Assembly (NCBI GenBank): GCA_002269645.1
Contig: NIVC01001680.1
Span: 62,001-126,000 of the forward strand
Length of the DNA stretch: 64,000 nucleotides
Source of the DNA: Macrostomum lignano
Lineage: Eukaryota
Direction of reading: 5' to 3'
Below are positions 34,551 to 49,500 of the stretch, piece by piece. The notes beneath the pieces are model-generated. The model was not told the origin of the DNA. It made no database searches and saw only the letters and a program-made list of their open reading frames with translations. The number at the start of each line of letters is the position of its first letter. The stretch's first letter is position 1. Made by a program: the position numbers and the translations under genes.

Positions 34551-37500
34551 ATGGCTGGACAGGGACAGGCTGGTAACTCTGGAATGGAGCAGCTTATTTT
34601 GATAATGAATAAGCTGCAAGATGCTTGTTCTTCATCTGGAACTGCCCAGAAATTTGATTTGCCACAGATAGCTGTTGTTGGAAGTCAAAGTGCTGGAAAA
34701 AGCAGTGTTTTAGAAAACTTTGTTGGAAAGTAAGTATATTATAATAAGTTAATTATGATTTTATGAGCTATGCCTATGGTAGGCCTAATTATTAATGATT
34801 TTTATAACTAAATCAAATCAAATAAAGGAATACTCATTTTAGAAGCAACTATTTTAAATAGTGATGGACCAAATATAGATTTTTGCTTGTTTCTGAAACT
34901 GAATCTAAATGTACAAAAAATTCCAAATCCAAATCTAAATATCCAAATGTGTTTCCAAATGTAAAAAAGTAAAAGGTAAACAGCGAGAGTAACTATTGAC
35001 ACCTTTTAGTGACTAAAATGCCTCATCATCTAATTAGTAATTGTATTAGTGCTGTATATTAATTTACTGACAAGATTCAATCTATCTTGGACTTACACTA
35101 CAGTATACTATATCTATCTAGTATCTGAATTGAAGTGAACTTAGAATTGAACTTAATTCTTATATATCTAATCTAACTACTTATTCCAATTACTAATCTA
35201 AATATACTAAATCTATATACTAAAAATGAACCTCGTTAGTTGACCAACTTTTCGTAAATTTATACTGTTAATGATTTTTCACAAATATTAACTGATATTA
35301 TGTTTCTGCAATTTGATAACTTTACCATGTACAGTGTACATAAAGTCTAATGCATTTGAATTTTGAAAAAACAAAATAATGATTTAACAATTAAACAATG
35401 ATTACCTAAAAATGTTTCTGCGACTTTAGGTTGAATGCCTCAAAGGTCCTAAAGTTAAGTAACCTTAAATAAACATTATTGTAAAAACAGACAATGATAA
35501 AAACAAACCATATGACATAAAATTTTGTGTTTTTGTTTTTTTTAATTTACTGTACTTTTTTCAAGTTGTATTTCTTTTACATTTGCATAATTTTGTTTTT
35601 GTTTTTTGATTTTTTCATATTTGAAAGCACATTCAGAAATTCAGAAGAAAAAAATTTATGAATCCAAAACATTTGGATTTCTAAAAGAGTTAGACTTTTT
35701 TTTAGATTTGGATTCCAAATCCAAATATTCAGATTTCATCACTAATTTTAATTGCCTAGACTCTGGAAGGTTACATGTATGCTAGAAAATTCTGGCATAT
35801 AAATGACCCTTTTCAAAGTTAGCATACAAATTTTAGCATTCAAATTTATGCAATTTTTTGGCGTACAAATTTTGGCATATAAATTTTTGCCATTTTTGCA
35901 TACAAAATTGGTTTGGTTTTGTGTAAGATGTTTTTTCCTAACTTTAGTGAAATTTGGGCACTTAGTCACAATCTACCATATAATCTACACATGTCTTGTG
36001 TAAATTATTTTGCTGTTAGTATAATACTAATGGTCAAATTTGTAAAATTGGTCTGCATCTAGTCTTTCTTGTCTAAGATGTTTTTTCCTAACTTTAGTAA
36101 AATTTAGGCACTTAGTCACAACCTACCATATAATCTACACATGTCTTGTGTAAATTATTTTGCTGTTAGTATAATACTAATGGTCAAATTTGTAAAATTG
36201 GTCTGCATCTAGTCTTTCTTGTCTAAGATGTTTTTTCCTAACTTTAGTAAAATTTAGGCACTTAGTCACAATCTACCATATAATCTACACATGTCTTGTG
36301 TAAATTATTTTGCTGTTAGTATAATACTAATGGTCAAATTTGTAAAATTGGTCTGCATCTAGTCTTTCTTGTCTAAGATGTTTTTTCCTAACTTTAGTAA
36401 AATTTAGGCACTTAGTCACAATCTACCATATAATCTACACATGTCTTGTGTAAATTATTTTGCTGTTAGTATAATACTAATGGTCAAATTTGTAAAATTG
36501 GTCTGCATCTAGTCTTTCTTGTCTAAGATGTTTTTTCCTAACTTTAGTAAAATTTAGGCACTTAGTCACAATCTACCATATAATCTACACATGTCTTGTG
36601 TAAATTATTTTGCTGTTAGTATAATACTAATGGTCAAATTTGTAAAATTGGTCTGCATCTAGTCTTTCTTGTCTAAGATGTTTTTTCCTAACTTTAGTAA
36701 AATTTAGGCACTTAGTCACAACCTACCATATAATCTACACATGTCTTATATAAATTATTTTGGTATGCATTTACAATTTAGTTTTGTCATAGTTTTTATA
36801 AGACATTTATTTCTATAGATGCTGGGGTAGTAAAGATGTAGTTTTGGTCTGCATATTCTTTTGGGTCTATAATAATTGCCCATAGACAAATTTCCTACCA
36901 AGATTTGCCTGCAAAAGATGTCTACTGAGATTTGCCCACAGTGCATTTTGCCCTATTAGGCATACCCTACCATGCTCATAAAAGAGCCAGGCAACCTAGT
37001 TTATGGGATCAAAAGCCTAGTTTATGTCCATGAACTTAGGAGTTTTCCATTGCTCTGAGTTTCAAATAGAAACTTTCATTTTGCTTTAATATTATTGTGA
37101 AATTATGCCAATTGTATCAAATAATAATATATTCAAACCAAAATATTGGTAGAGCCAAATGCTTGAAGTAGATAAGTAACAAATAAGAGGCAATAGGCAA
37201 TAGAATAGTCCATTTGTTCAATAATGTAGATTCTTTTTAGCTATCCTATGTACTAAAATTTATCTAAAAAAACAATCAATACAAATTTTAGAGACTTTCT
37301 GCCTCGTGGTTCTGGCATTGTCACCAGGCGCCCGCTGATACTCCAGTTGTTGTACAATCCATCAGGTAGGAAGGCTTATTTGACACAATAATAATTTAAT
37401 AGTTAGTTACTGGTACTGTTCCGTGAACTCTTACTGTTAGCAATCTAAGAGTTGCCCACATATTCCATCCCTCCCCCTGACCCAATGCCCTCTTCAAGAC

Positions 37501-40500
37501 CTTCCCTTACCCCATCGCCATCTCAAAGACCCGCCCCTGACCCCACTGCCATCTTCAAGACCTTCCCTGACCCCACCACCATCTTCAAGACCTTCCCTGA
37601 CCCCACCACCATCTTCAAGACCTTCCCTGACCCCACCACCATCTTCAAGACCTTCCCTGACCCCACCACCATCTTCAAGACCTTCCCTGACCCCACCACC
37701 ATCTTCAAGACCTTCCCTGACCCCATCACTATCTTCAAGACCTTCCCTGACCCCACCACCATCTTCAAGACCTTCCCTGACCCCACCTCCATCTTCAAGA
37801 CCTTCCCTGACCCCACCACCATCTTCAAGACCTTCCCTGACCCCACCACCATCTTCAAGACCTTCCCTGACCCCACCACCATCTTCAAGACCTTCCCTGA
37901 CCCCACCACCATCTTCAAGACCTTCCCTGACCCCACCACCATCTTCAAGACCTTCCCTGACCCCACCACCATCTTCAAGACCTTCCCTGACCCCACCACC
38001 ATCTTCAAGACCTTCCCTGACCCCACCACCATCTTCAAGACCTTCCCTGACCCCACCACCATCTTCAAGACCTTCCCTGACCCCACCACCATCTTCAAGA
38101 CCTTCCCTGACCCCACCACCATCTTCAAGACCTTCCCTGACCCCACCACCATCTTCAAGACCTTCCCTGACCCCACCACCATCTTCAAGACCTTCCCTGA
38201 CCCCACCACCATCTTCAAGACCTTCCCTGACCCCACCACCATCTTCAAGACCTTCCCTGACCCCACCACCATCTTCAAGACCTTCCCTGACCCCACCACC
38301 ATCTTCAAGACCTTCTCTGACCCCACCACCATCTTCAAGACCTTCTCTGACCCCACCACCATCTTCAAGACCTTCACTGACGCCGCTGCTATGTCCAACA
38401 CCCGCCCTGACCCCACTGCCATCTCCAACACCCGCCCTGACCCCACTGCATTGGCAGCCGAGTACGCCGAGTTCGGGCACCAGCGCGGCCGGAAGTACAC
38501 CAACTTCGAGGAGGTCCGCCAGGAGATCGAGGCGGAGACGGACCGGCTCACGGGCCGCAACAAGGGCATCTCCAATGTGCCAATCATGCTGCGCGTGTTC
38601 AGTCCGCACGTGCTCAATTTGACCTTAGTTGACCTGCCCGGCATGACCAAAGTGGCCGTTGGCGACCAGCCGCCCGATATCGAGGTGCAAATCCGCAACA
38701 TGCTTCTGGAGTTCATCACCAAGGAGAACTGCCTGATTCTGGCAGTCAGTCCGGCCAACTCGGACTTGGCCAACTCCGATGCGCTCAAACTTGCCAAGGA
38801 GGTTGCCTTGTTTAAGCCAATTGTTTTTGTTGTCAAATATCGGGGCCATATTAATTTTGCAGGTGCAAAGTTATTAATCTGCTACTGCTCGCTCCCGCCA
38901 GGTGGACCCCGCTGGCACCCGCACCATTGGCGTAATCACCAAGCTGGATCTCATGGACCAGGGCACCGACGCTAGGGAGGTTCTGGAGAACAAGCTGCTG
39001 CCGCTTCGCCGCGGCTACATCGGCGTGGTCAACCGGTCCCAGAAGGACATCGAAGGTGAGACTGCTCACTGCTCAGACTCTACTCCACTGACTGCTCAGA
39101 CTCTACTCCACTGACTGCTCAGACTCTACTCCACTGACTGCTCAGACTCTACTCCACTGACTGCTCAGACTCTACTCCACTGACTGCTCAGACTCTACTC
39201 CACTGACTGCTCAGACTCTACTCCACTGACTGCTCAGACTCTACTCCACTGACTGCTGAGACTCTACTCCACTGACTGCTCAGACTCTACTCCACTGACT
39301 GCTCAAACTCTACTCCACTGACTGCTGAGACTCTACTCCACTGACTGCTCAAACTCTACTCCACTGAGTGCTCAGACTCTACTCCTCTGACTGCTCAGAC
39401 TCTACTCCACTGACTGCTCAGACTCTACTCCACTGACTGCTCAGACTCTACTCCACTGACTGCTCAGACTCTACTTCACCCTATAATGCCCATAGGCCTC
39501 ATCTACACAGCTCCTTGCTCCCCTCTGAAACGTCACCCCAGGCCGCAAAGACATCAAGGCAGCCATGGCGGCGGAGCGGAAGTTCTTCCTGTCGCACCCG
39601 TCCTACAGGCACATGGCGGAGCGCATGGGCACCCCGTACCTGCAGCGCTGCCTTAACCAGCAGCTCACCAACCACATCCGGGAGACGCTGCCCTCCCTGC
39701 GCAGCGAGCTGCAGACCAAACTGCTAGCCCTGGAGAAGGACTACCAGGCCTACGCTAATTTTAGTCCCGACGATCCCAGCATCAAGACCAAGGCGATGAT
39801 GACGTAAGCCGCTGTTTGCCAGCTGTCTGGGGTTTTTCCATTGGGCTGCCCGCGTTCATCTTTCATCCATTCCTATGGGAAGTTGTTGGGGTTTTCCATC
39901 GAGCTGATGCACTCATTCCAATAGGAAGTGTGGGGATTTCCATCGAGCTGATGCACTCATTCCAATAGGAAGTGTGGGGATTTCCATCGAGCTGATGCAC
40001 TCATTCCAATAGGAAGTGTGGGGATTTCCATCAAGCTGATGCACTCATTCCAACGGGGGTTAAATGTGGGGGGTTTTCCATCAAGCTGATGCACTCATTC
40101 TAACGGGGGTTAATTGTGGGGGGTTTTCCATCAAGCTGATGCACTCATTCCAACGGGGGTTAAATGTGGGGGGTTTTCCATCGGGCTGATGCACTCATTC
40201 CAATCGGGGACTGCTTAGGCGATCGCATGAAGCAAGCCAGAGTGGCCATCTTGCAGGATGATCAACCAGTTCACTGACGAGTTCACCCAGTCCATCGAAG
40301 GCTCCGGCGAAGTCAGCACCAAGGAGCTGTCCGGCGGAGCCAGAATCAATCGCATCTTTCACGAGAGATTCATGTACATGCTGCATCAGGTAAGATAATT
40401 AGCAGTGCGTGCATACTGAGCTGTCACCTTGTCAAGTGCTTTATACACTTTTATAACTTGAGCCCATCTTAGCTGTTCAATGTTTAATTTACCAGTGCTG

Positions 40501-43500
40501 GAGTACAAAGATTTAATCGCTACATGTCGGATTCTTCCTAAAATGTGTTTAGTAAACTGACCAATTAAATATTTTTATAGCCAGAATAATATAAGAACAA
40601 TGGATTCGAGATTTGAGCAGAAGGCACTGAGCCAGAGTAGAAGCAGAGGGCACTGAGCCAGAATTTAAGCAGAGGGCGCTGAGCCAGAATAGAAGCAGAG
40701 GGCACTGAGCCAGAATAGAAACAGAGGGCGCTGAGCCAGAATAGAAGCAGAGGGCACTGAGCCAGAATAGAAACAGAGGGCGCTGAGCCAGAATAGAAGC
40801 AGAGGGCACTGAGCCAGAATAGAAACAGAGGGCACTGAACCAGAATAGAAGCAGAGGGCGCTGAGCCAGAATAGAAGCAGAGGGCACTGAGTCAGAATAG
40901 AAGCAGAGGGCACTGAGCCAGAATAGAAGCAGAGGGCACTGAGTCAGAATAGAAGCAGAAGGCACTGAGCCAGAATAGAAGCAGAGGGCACTGAGCCAGA
41001 GTAGAAGCAGAGGGCACTGAGTCAGAATAGAAGCAGAGGGCACTGAGCCAGAATAGAAGCAGAGGGCACTGAGCCAGAATAGAAACAGAGGGCACTGAAC
41101 CAGAATAGAAGCAGAGGGCGCTGAGCCAGAATAGAAGCAGAGGGCACTGAGCCAGAATAGAAACAGAGGGCACTGAGCCAGAATAGAAGCAGAGGGCACT
41201 GAGCTTGAATAGAAGCAGAGGGCACTGAGCCAGAATAGAAGCAGAGGGCACTGAGCCAGAATAGAAGCAGAGGGCACTGAGCCAGAATAGAAGCAGAGGG
41301 CACTGAGCCAGAATAGAAGCAGAGGGCACTGAGCCAGAATAGAAGCAGAGGGCACTGAGCCAGAATAGAAGCAGAGGGCACTGAGCCAGAATAGAAGCAG
41401 AGGGCACTGAGCCAGAATAGAAGCAGAGGGCACTGAGCCAGAATAGAAGCAGAGGCACTGAGCCAGAATAGAAGCAGAGGGCGCTGAAAACTTAACCGCT
41501 GCGGGAAAAGCTCACAAATAAGCAATTTAAACCGCATAGCATGCCACTAACTCATTCTATTGTCACTTTTAAGCGTTTCGAAGCTCATTTCTAGGCATCC
41601 CTGTTTGTAGGACTTCATTCTAAGCAGAGAGTGCGTATTTATACAGTGCACTGATCCAAAAGATCCAAAAGAACTCTGCTTTTAATGCTTTGCATTGCCA
41701 CCCATTCCAATGTAGCGTGTAAACAAATATTTCTAATGCAGAAACTAACAGATTGTGTTTCAATTGTTATTGAATTTTAATCATTAGCCGTATCTAACTG
41801 CCCGTTGTTCACTGCAATTAACGGTGCGGCACTATTGGATAAAAACTAGTTGTAGCAGTGCTGTTAGATTGCTAATCCCCTGCTCTTTTCCTAGCTTTGT
41901 TCTGACACCATCTCAGCCACATAGGGTGATGTACAGCATTGAGACATTGTCTGGGTAGACAGACAGTTGTGCATACACTGAGACACAATTGGGCAGACAC
42001 TGAGACAGACAGGCAGACACTGAGACACAATTGGGCAGACACTGAGACAGACAGGCAGACACTGAGACACAATTGGGCAGACACTGAGACAGACAGGCAG
42101 ACACTGAGACACAATTGGGCAGACACTGAGACAGACAATTGGGCAGACACTGAGACAAACAATTGGGCAGACACTGAGACAGACAATTGGGCAGACACTG
42201 AGACAAACAATTGGGCAGACACTGAGACAGACAATTGGGCAGACACTGAGACAAACAATTGGGCAGACACTGAGACAAACAATTGGGCAGACACTGAGAC
42301 AGACAGGCAGACACTGAGACAGACAATTGGGCAGACACTGAGACAGACAATTGGGCAGACACTGAGACAGACAATTGGGCAGACACTGAGACAAACAATT
42401 GGGCAGACACTGAGACAAACAATTGGGCAGACACTGAGACAGACAGGCAGACACTGAGACAGACAATTGGGCAGACACTGAGACAGACAATTGGGCAGAC
42501 ACTGAGACAAACAATTGGGCAGACACTGAGACAAACAATTAAGCAGACACTGAGACAGACAATTGGGCAGACACTGAGACAAACAATTAAGCAGACACTG
42601 AGACAAACAATTGGGCAGACACTGAGACAAACAATTAAGCAGACACTGAGACAAACAATTGGGCAGACACTGAGACAAACAATTGGGCAGACACTGAGAC
42701 AAACAATTGGGCAGACACTGAGACAGACAGGCAGACACTGAGACAGACAGGCAGACACTGAGACAGACAATTGGGCAGACACTGAGACAAACAATTGGGC
42801 AGACACTGAGACAGACAATTGGGCAGACACTGAGACAGACAGGCAGACACTGAGACAGACAATTGGGCAGACACTGAGACAGACAGTTGGGCAGACACTA
42901 AGACAGACAATTGGGCAGACACTGAGACAAACAATTAGGCAGACACTGAGACAAACAATTAGGCAGACACTGAGACAAACAATTAGGCAGACACTGAGAC
43001 AAACACAAAAACACAAAAGGACAAACACAAAGATGCACTTGTAGACACTTAAGCAGACACCAACACAAAACGACAGATAGACGAACAAATAGAGACAAAG
43101 ACAGGCAGAAATAGTTCTCTATCAGAGGCTGTGTTCTCACGCCATTAACGCACGCACAAATCGATTTTTGAAATTTTGAGTAAAAGTGCATTTCCAGCCG
43201 CACAGTCAAAATGGCCTCAACTTCGCTCCACTGCAGACCGAATCCGATGAGCGCGAGCTGCGCAAGGAGATCAGCTACACTATTCGCAATGTGCACGGCA
43301 TCAGGTAGGAGCTCTGCTCTTTTCATCTGGTAACCGGTGTTTAGTGCCGGAGTCCTCTAAATCTATAATGGGATCCTTTTACTTTTTCCTTAATGCTTTC
43401 CGCACTAAAATCTAAAATGCATTCAAAACATTTTATCTTCCCGTGACTAACATCCCATTTCCCATGTTGAGAATCCCATTTCCCATGTTGAGAATCCCAT

Positions 43501-46500
43501 TTCCTATGTTGAGAATCCCATTTCCCATGTTGAGAGTCCCATTTTCCATGTTGAGAATATCATTTCCCATGTTGAGAATCCCATTTCCCATGTTGATAAT
43601 CCCATTTCCCATGTTGATAATCCCATTTCCCATGTTGATAATCCCATTTCCCATGTTGAGAATCCCATTTCCCATGTTGAGAATCCCATTTCCCATGTTG
43701 AGAGTCCCATTTCCCATGTTAAGAATCCCATTTCTCATGTTGATAATCCCATTTCCCATGTTGATAATCCCATTTCCCATGTTGATAATCCTATTTCCCA
43801 TGTTGATAATCCTATTTCCCATTTTGAGAATCCCATTTCCCATGTTGAGAGTCCCATTTCCCATGTTGAGAGTCCCATTTCCCATGTTGATAATCCCATT
43901 TCCCATGTTGATAATCCCATTTCCCATGTTGAGAATCCCATTTCCCATGTTGAGAGTCCCATTTCCCATGTTGAGAATATCATTTCCCATGTTGAGAGTC
44001 CCATTTCCCATGTTGAGAGTCCCATTTCCCATGTTGAGAGTCCCATTTCCCATGTTGAGAGTCCCATTTCCCATGTTGAGAATCCCATTTCCCATGTTGA
44101 GAATCTCATTTCCCATGTTGAGAATCTCATTTCCCATGTTGAGAATCCCATTTCCCATGTTGAGAGTCCCATTTCCCATGTTGAGAATATCATTTCCCAT
44201 GTTGAGAATCCCATTTCCCATGTTGAGAGTCCCATTTCCCATGTTGAGAGTCCCATTTCCCATGTTGAGAATCCCATTTCCCATGTTGAGAATCCCATTT
44301 CCCATGTTGAGAATCTCATTTCCCATGTTGAGAATCTCATTTCCCATGTTGAGAATCCCATTTCCCATGTTGAGAGTCCCATTTCCCATGTTGAGAATAT
44401 CATTTCCCATGTTGAGAGTCCCATTTCCCATGTTGAGAGTCCCATTTCCCATGTTGAGAGTCCCATTTCCCATGTTGAGAGTCCCATTTCCCATGTTGAG
44501 AGTCCCATTTCCCATGTTGAGAATCCCATTTCCCATGTTGAGAGTCGCATTTCCCATGTTGAGAGTCCCATTTCCCATGTTGAGAATCCCATTTCCCATG
44601 TTGAGAATCTCATTTCCCATGTTGAGAGTCCCATTTCCCATGTTGAGAATATCATTTCCCATGTTGAGAGTCCCATTTCCCATGTTGAGAATCCCATTTC
44701 CCATGTTGAGAATCTCATTTCCCATGTTGAGAATCCCATTTCCCATGTTGAGAGTCCCATTTCCCATGTTGAGAGTCCCATTTCCCATGTTGAGAATCCC
44801 ATTTCCCATGTTGATAATCCCATTTCCCATGTTGAGAATCCCATTTCCCATGTTGATAATCCCATTTCCCATGTTGAGAATCCCATTTCCCATGCAGAAA
44901 ATCCCACACTGGGTGCACCCGATCCCCGCAGGACCGGCCTGTTCACTCCCGACATGGCATTCGAGCGCATCGTCAAGCAGCAGATCATGCGGCTGAAAGA
45001 GCCGACGCTGAAATGCGTGGACATGGTGATCGAGGAGCTCATCAACGTGGTGCACAAGTGCACGCAGCAGATGGCCAGCTACCCCAGGCTGCGCGAGGCC
45101 GTGGAGACCACCGTCACCAACCGGATCCGGGAGCAGGAGACCCGGGCCAAGACCCAGCTGATGCTGCTGGTGGACATCCAGCTGGCCTACATGAACACCA
45201 ATCACGAGGACTTTATCGGCTTCGCCAAGTGAGTCTCGGGTTGCGTGGCCCGGATGCGAACACAATTCCCATTGCCGAATCAGTCATTGCGATTCTCACT
45301 TTTACCTTCAGCGCCCAGCAACGGACTGAGAGCACCAGGAAGGAGCGAGTGGCGAATCAGGTGCGGCAGCTTATGCTGGGGTTGGGATAATAAAGATGGG
45401 GGATTCGAGATGTGCTAGAGATGCGATGTGTGGGATATGCTAGAGGTGAGGTATGGGATATGCTAGAGATAGGGGTATGGGATTTGGGATATGCCAGAGG
45501 TGGGATATGGGATATGCTAGAGATAGGGGTATGGGTATGGGATTTAGGATATGCCAGAAGTGGGATATGGGAAATAGGATCCATGAGATATTAGAGATGA
45601 GATCTCTGGAATTCTAGAGATAGGATCTCTGGGATGCTAGAGATGGATCATGGGACACTGTAATAGTTTATACTAGACTGGATCAGAAAATTAGGTGAGA
45701 CAAAATGGTTTGGTTTGCTGCTGTCACAATTATCATTATTATTCCTCTCTGTAAAACCGTCAAAGTGTCTGAATCTCAGCTGAGCAAATACCACTGAGAA
45801 TAAATATTCTGATTTATGGAATTTGTCTGCGCCCTGTGTACTTCAGCTGTGAGTACAGCCGTTTTTACTGAGGCCCAGCAAAATGTGAATCAATGAGAGG
45901 ACTCAATCTGAGCTCATTATATATTTTTTGTTTTCGCGAGGCCTATATGCAGAAATCAGGCAGAGTTGTTCGCTTTTGCGCAGTGCATTTTACCGGCTCA
46001 CAGTCATTCAAGTCGCCTCTCCTCTGTCCAGGTGATTCGCAAGGGCTATCTCACGCTCAACAATGTCTCCCTTATGCGCGGCGGCTCTAAGGAGTGCTGG
46101 TTTGTGCTCACCGCTGAGTCGCTCATGTGGTTCAAGGACGAGGAGGTGAGCTGACCGGCTGACTAGCTGACCCACTGATTCCTCAATAACCCACTGATTC
46201 CTTCCCTGACCCACTGATTCCTCAATAACCCACTGATTCCTTCCCTGACCCACTGATTCTTCAATGACCCACTGGCTCCTTCCCTGACCCACTGATTCTT
46301 CAATGACCCACTGGCTCCTTCCCTGACCCACTGATTCCTCAATAACCCACTGATTCCTTCCCTGACCCACTGATTCTTCAATGACCCACTGGCTCCTTCC
46401 CTGACCCACTGATTCTTCAATGACCCACTGGCTCCCCTTCCCTGACCCACTGATTCTTCAATGACCCACTGACTCCTTCCCTGACCCACTGATTCTTCAA

Positions 46501-49500
46501 TGACCCACTGACTCCTTCCCTGACCCACTGATTCTTCAATGACTCACTGATTCTTCAATGGCCCACTGACTCCTTCTGAACCACTGACTCTTCAATGACC
46601 CACTGACTCTTCAATGACCCACTGACTCCTTCCCTGACCCACTGACTCCTTCCCTGACCCACTGATTCTTCAATGACCCACTGACTCCTTCCCTGACCCA
46701 CTGATTCTTCAATGACCCACTGACTCCTTCCCTGACCCACTGATTCTTCAATGACCCACTGACTCCTTCCCTGACCCACTGATTCTTCAATGACCCACTG
46801 GCTCCTTCCCTGACCCACTGATTCTTCAATGACCCACTGACTCCTTCCCTGAACCACTGATTCTTCAATGGCCCACTGACTCCTTCTGAACCACTGACTC
46901 TTCAATGACCCACTGACTCCTTCCCTGACCCACTGACTCCTTCCCTGACCCACTGACTCCTTCCCTGACCCACTGACTCCTTCCCTGACCCACTGACTCC
47001 TTCCCTGACCCACTGACTCCTTCCCTGACCCACTGATTCTTCAATGACCCACTGGCTCCTTCCCTGACCCACTGATTCTTCAATGACCCACTGACTCCTT
47101 CCCTGAACCACTGATTCTTCAATGGCCCACTGACTCCTTCTGAACCACTGACTCTTCAATGACCCACTGACTCCTTCCCTGACCCACTGACTCCTTCCCT
47201 GACCCACTGATTCTTCAATGACCCACTGACTCCTTCCCTGACCCACTGATTCTTCAATGACCCACTGACTCCTTCCCTGATCCACTGACCAACCATTTTT
47301 TCCGCAGGAGCGTGAGAAAAAGTACATGCTGCCCCTTGACGGCCTGAAGATTCGAGACGGCGAGTCGCGCGGCCTGTTCGGCAAGAAGAACGTCTTCATG
47401 CTGTTCCACTCTGAAGGCCGGTGGGTGTTATGCAAGTTTTAGTACAAAGGCGTTCTGTATGCAGTTTACAACTCAGCCGCTTATACCTAAGCTGTGATAT
47501 GATAAGCATCAGCCCTCCCATCTCCATCCCCCAGCAACACGTACAAAGACTACAAGACGCTGGAGCTGGCCGCCGAGTCCGCAGACGAAGTGGACAGCTG
47601 GAAGGCGTCGTTTCTGCGTGCCGGCGTTTATCCCGAGCGGGAGAGCCGCGAAACGGATGAGGTAAAGCTGCGTCTGGCATGAGTGGCTAGCTGGGTATAT
47701 TTTGTCAATAATTGCTACTGTCAAGTAGTGCAAAGCGAGTCTTTGTTAAACAGTGTTAGTGTCGCGTGGGGTCTGTCTGGTTGCAAACATGCAGTTGGCT
47801 GAGTTCGACGAGCCAATTGGTCACGTGATCGTGCGGTCATACGGTCACCAAATTATCAAGTAGATGTAGGGCCCTATTGTACTTTTATTACTCGAATTCG
47901 GTCGTTGGTGTACTTTTATTGCTCATTAGTCTCTGTCAGATAGTCGCACATCTCTTTGTTGCTCTACTAGTACCTAAAGCAGCTATGATTGGCTATTGCT
48001 CTCACTCACTGGTTACACTGAGAATGCTCAGCTATAATTGGCTATTGCTCTCACTCACTGGTTACACTGAGAATGCTCAGCTATGATTGGCTATTGCTCT
48101 CACTCACTGGTTGCACTGAGAATGCTCAGCTATAATTGGCTATTGCTCTCACTCACTGGTTGCACTGAGAATGCTCAGATATGATTGGCTATTGCTCTCA
48201 CTCACTGGTTGCACTGAGAATGCTCAGCTATAATTGGCTATTGCTCTCACTCACTGGTTGCACTGAGAATGCTCAGCTATAATTGGCTATTGCTCTCACT
48301 CACTGGTTGCACTGAGAATGCTCAGATATGATTGGCTATTGCTCTCACTCACTGGTTGCACTGAGAATACTCAGCTATGATTGGCTATTGCTCTCACTCA
48401 CTGGTTGCACTGAGAATGCTCAGCTATGATTGGCTATTGCTCTCACTCACTGGTTGCACTGAGAATGCTCAGCTATGATTGGCTATTGCTCTCACTCGCT
48501 GGTTGCACTGAGAATGCTCAGCTATAATTGGCTATTGCTCTCACTCGCTGGCTACACTGAGAATGCTCCACCGCCTCAGCAGCTCGGCGAAGATCCCACA
48601 GACTCGGACGGTCCGGGCCAGCAGCCCGACAGCTTGCGCGACCGGCAAGTTGAAATCATTCGCAGCCTGGTCAGCAGCTATTTCCATATCTGCGTCTCCG
48701 AGCACAAAGACCTGTTCCCCAAGATCGTGGTGCACCTGCTGGTCAACTGCGTAGGGCTTGATGGGTCTTTGTGACCGCCTGTCTGGCTTCGCGGCTTGGG
48801 GGGGGGGGTATTCGCTGATGATTTCACTCTGATTCCAGCTGCGATCACGCCTATGCTCCCAGATTGACTCACGCATTGCCTGATTGGCCCGCCACCCCAG
48901 CCCGAGCAGGACCTCGGCAGCACGGATCCGCAGATGGAGCGCCAGGTGGAGACCATCCGCAACCTGGTCGAGTCCTACATGAAAATTGTGGACAAAACCC
49001 AGCGGGATATTGTGCCCAAGACTGTCATTCACATTGTGGTCAATGAGGTAATGCCCTCGGAGCCATGACTGCCGTTCCCCTTCCTAATTGTGATTCCATC
49101 AATACTATGCATTGGCTTTAACCACTCTAATGAACTGCAATTCACCAATGGATAGGGTTCTCAGCGCTTGTAGCCTTGAAAATTAGTGAACATGATTGAT
49201 TAATGTTCAGCCCACCTGGCAGTGCCAATTGCATTCGTTTCATACCTGTCATTAGCCTAATCAGAAACCGAAGTTTCCGAAGTTTAGAGAATACCCAATC
49301 TTAGCCTTATCTTGAAAAACTATGCCCAGCCTCAACTTGTACACCCAATCCCAGCCTCCAGTGTACACCCAATCCCAGCCTCCACTGTACACCCAATCCC
49401 AGCCTCCAGTGTACACCCAATCCCAGCCTCCACTGTACACCCAATCCCAGCTTCCAGTGTACATCCAATCCCAGCTTCCAGTGTACACCCAATCCCAGCT

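Noticed and set aside
37452-38975. 507-aa ORF fusing [10 protein letters not shown] repeats to dynamin sequence
   Set aside because: It is a 30-bp intronic array read through into exon 3. The canonical acceptor at 38457 gives the conserved dynamin frame.
40549-45265. Large repeat ORFs (up to 610 aa; [22 protein letters not shown])
   Set aside because: Intronic minisatellites with unit lengths that keep frames open; no evidence of separate genes.
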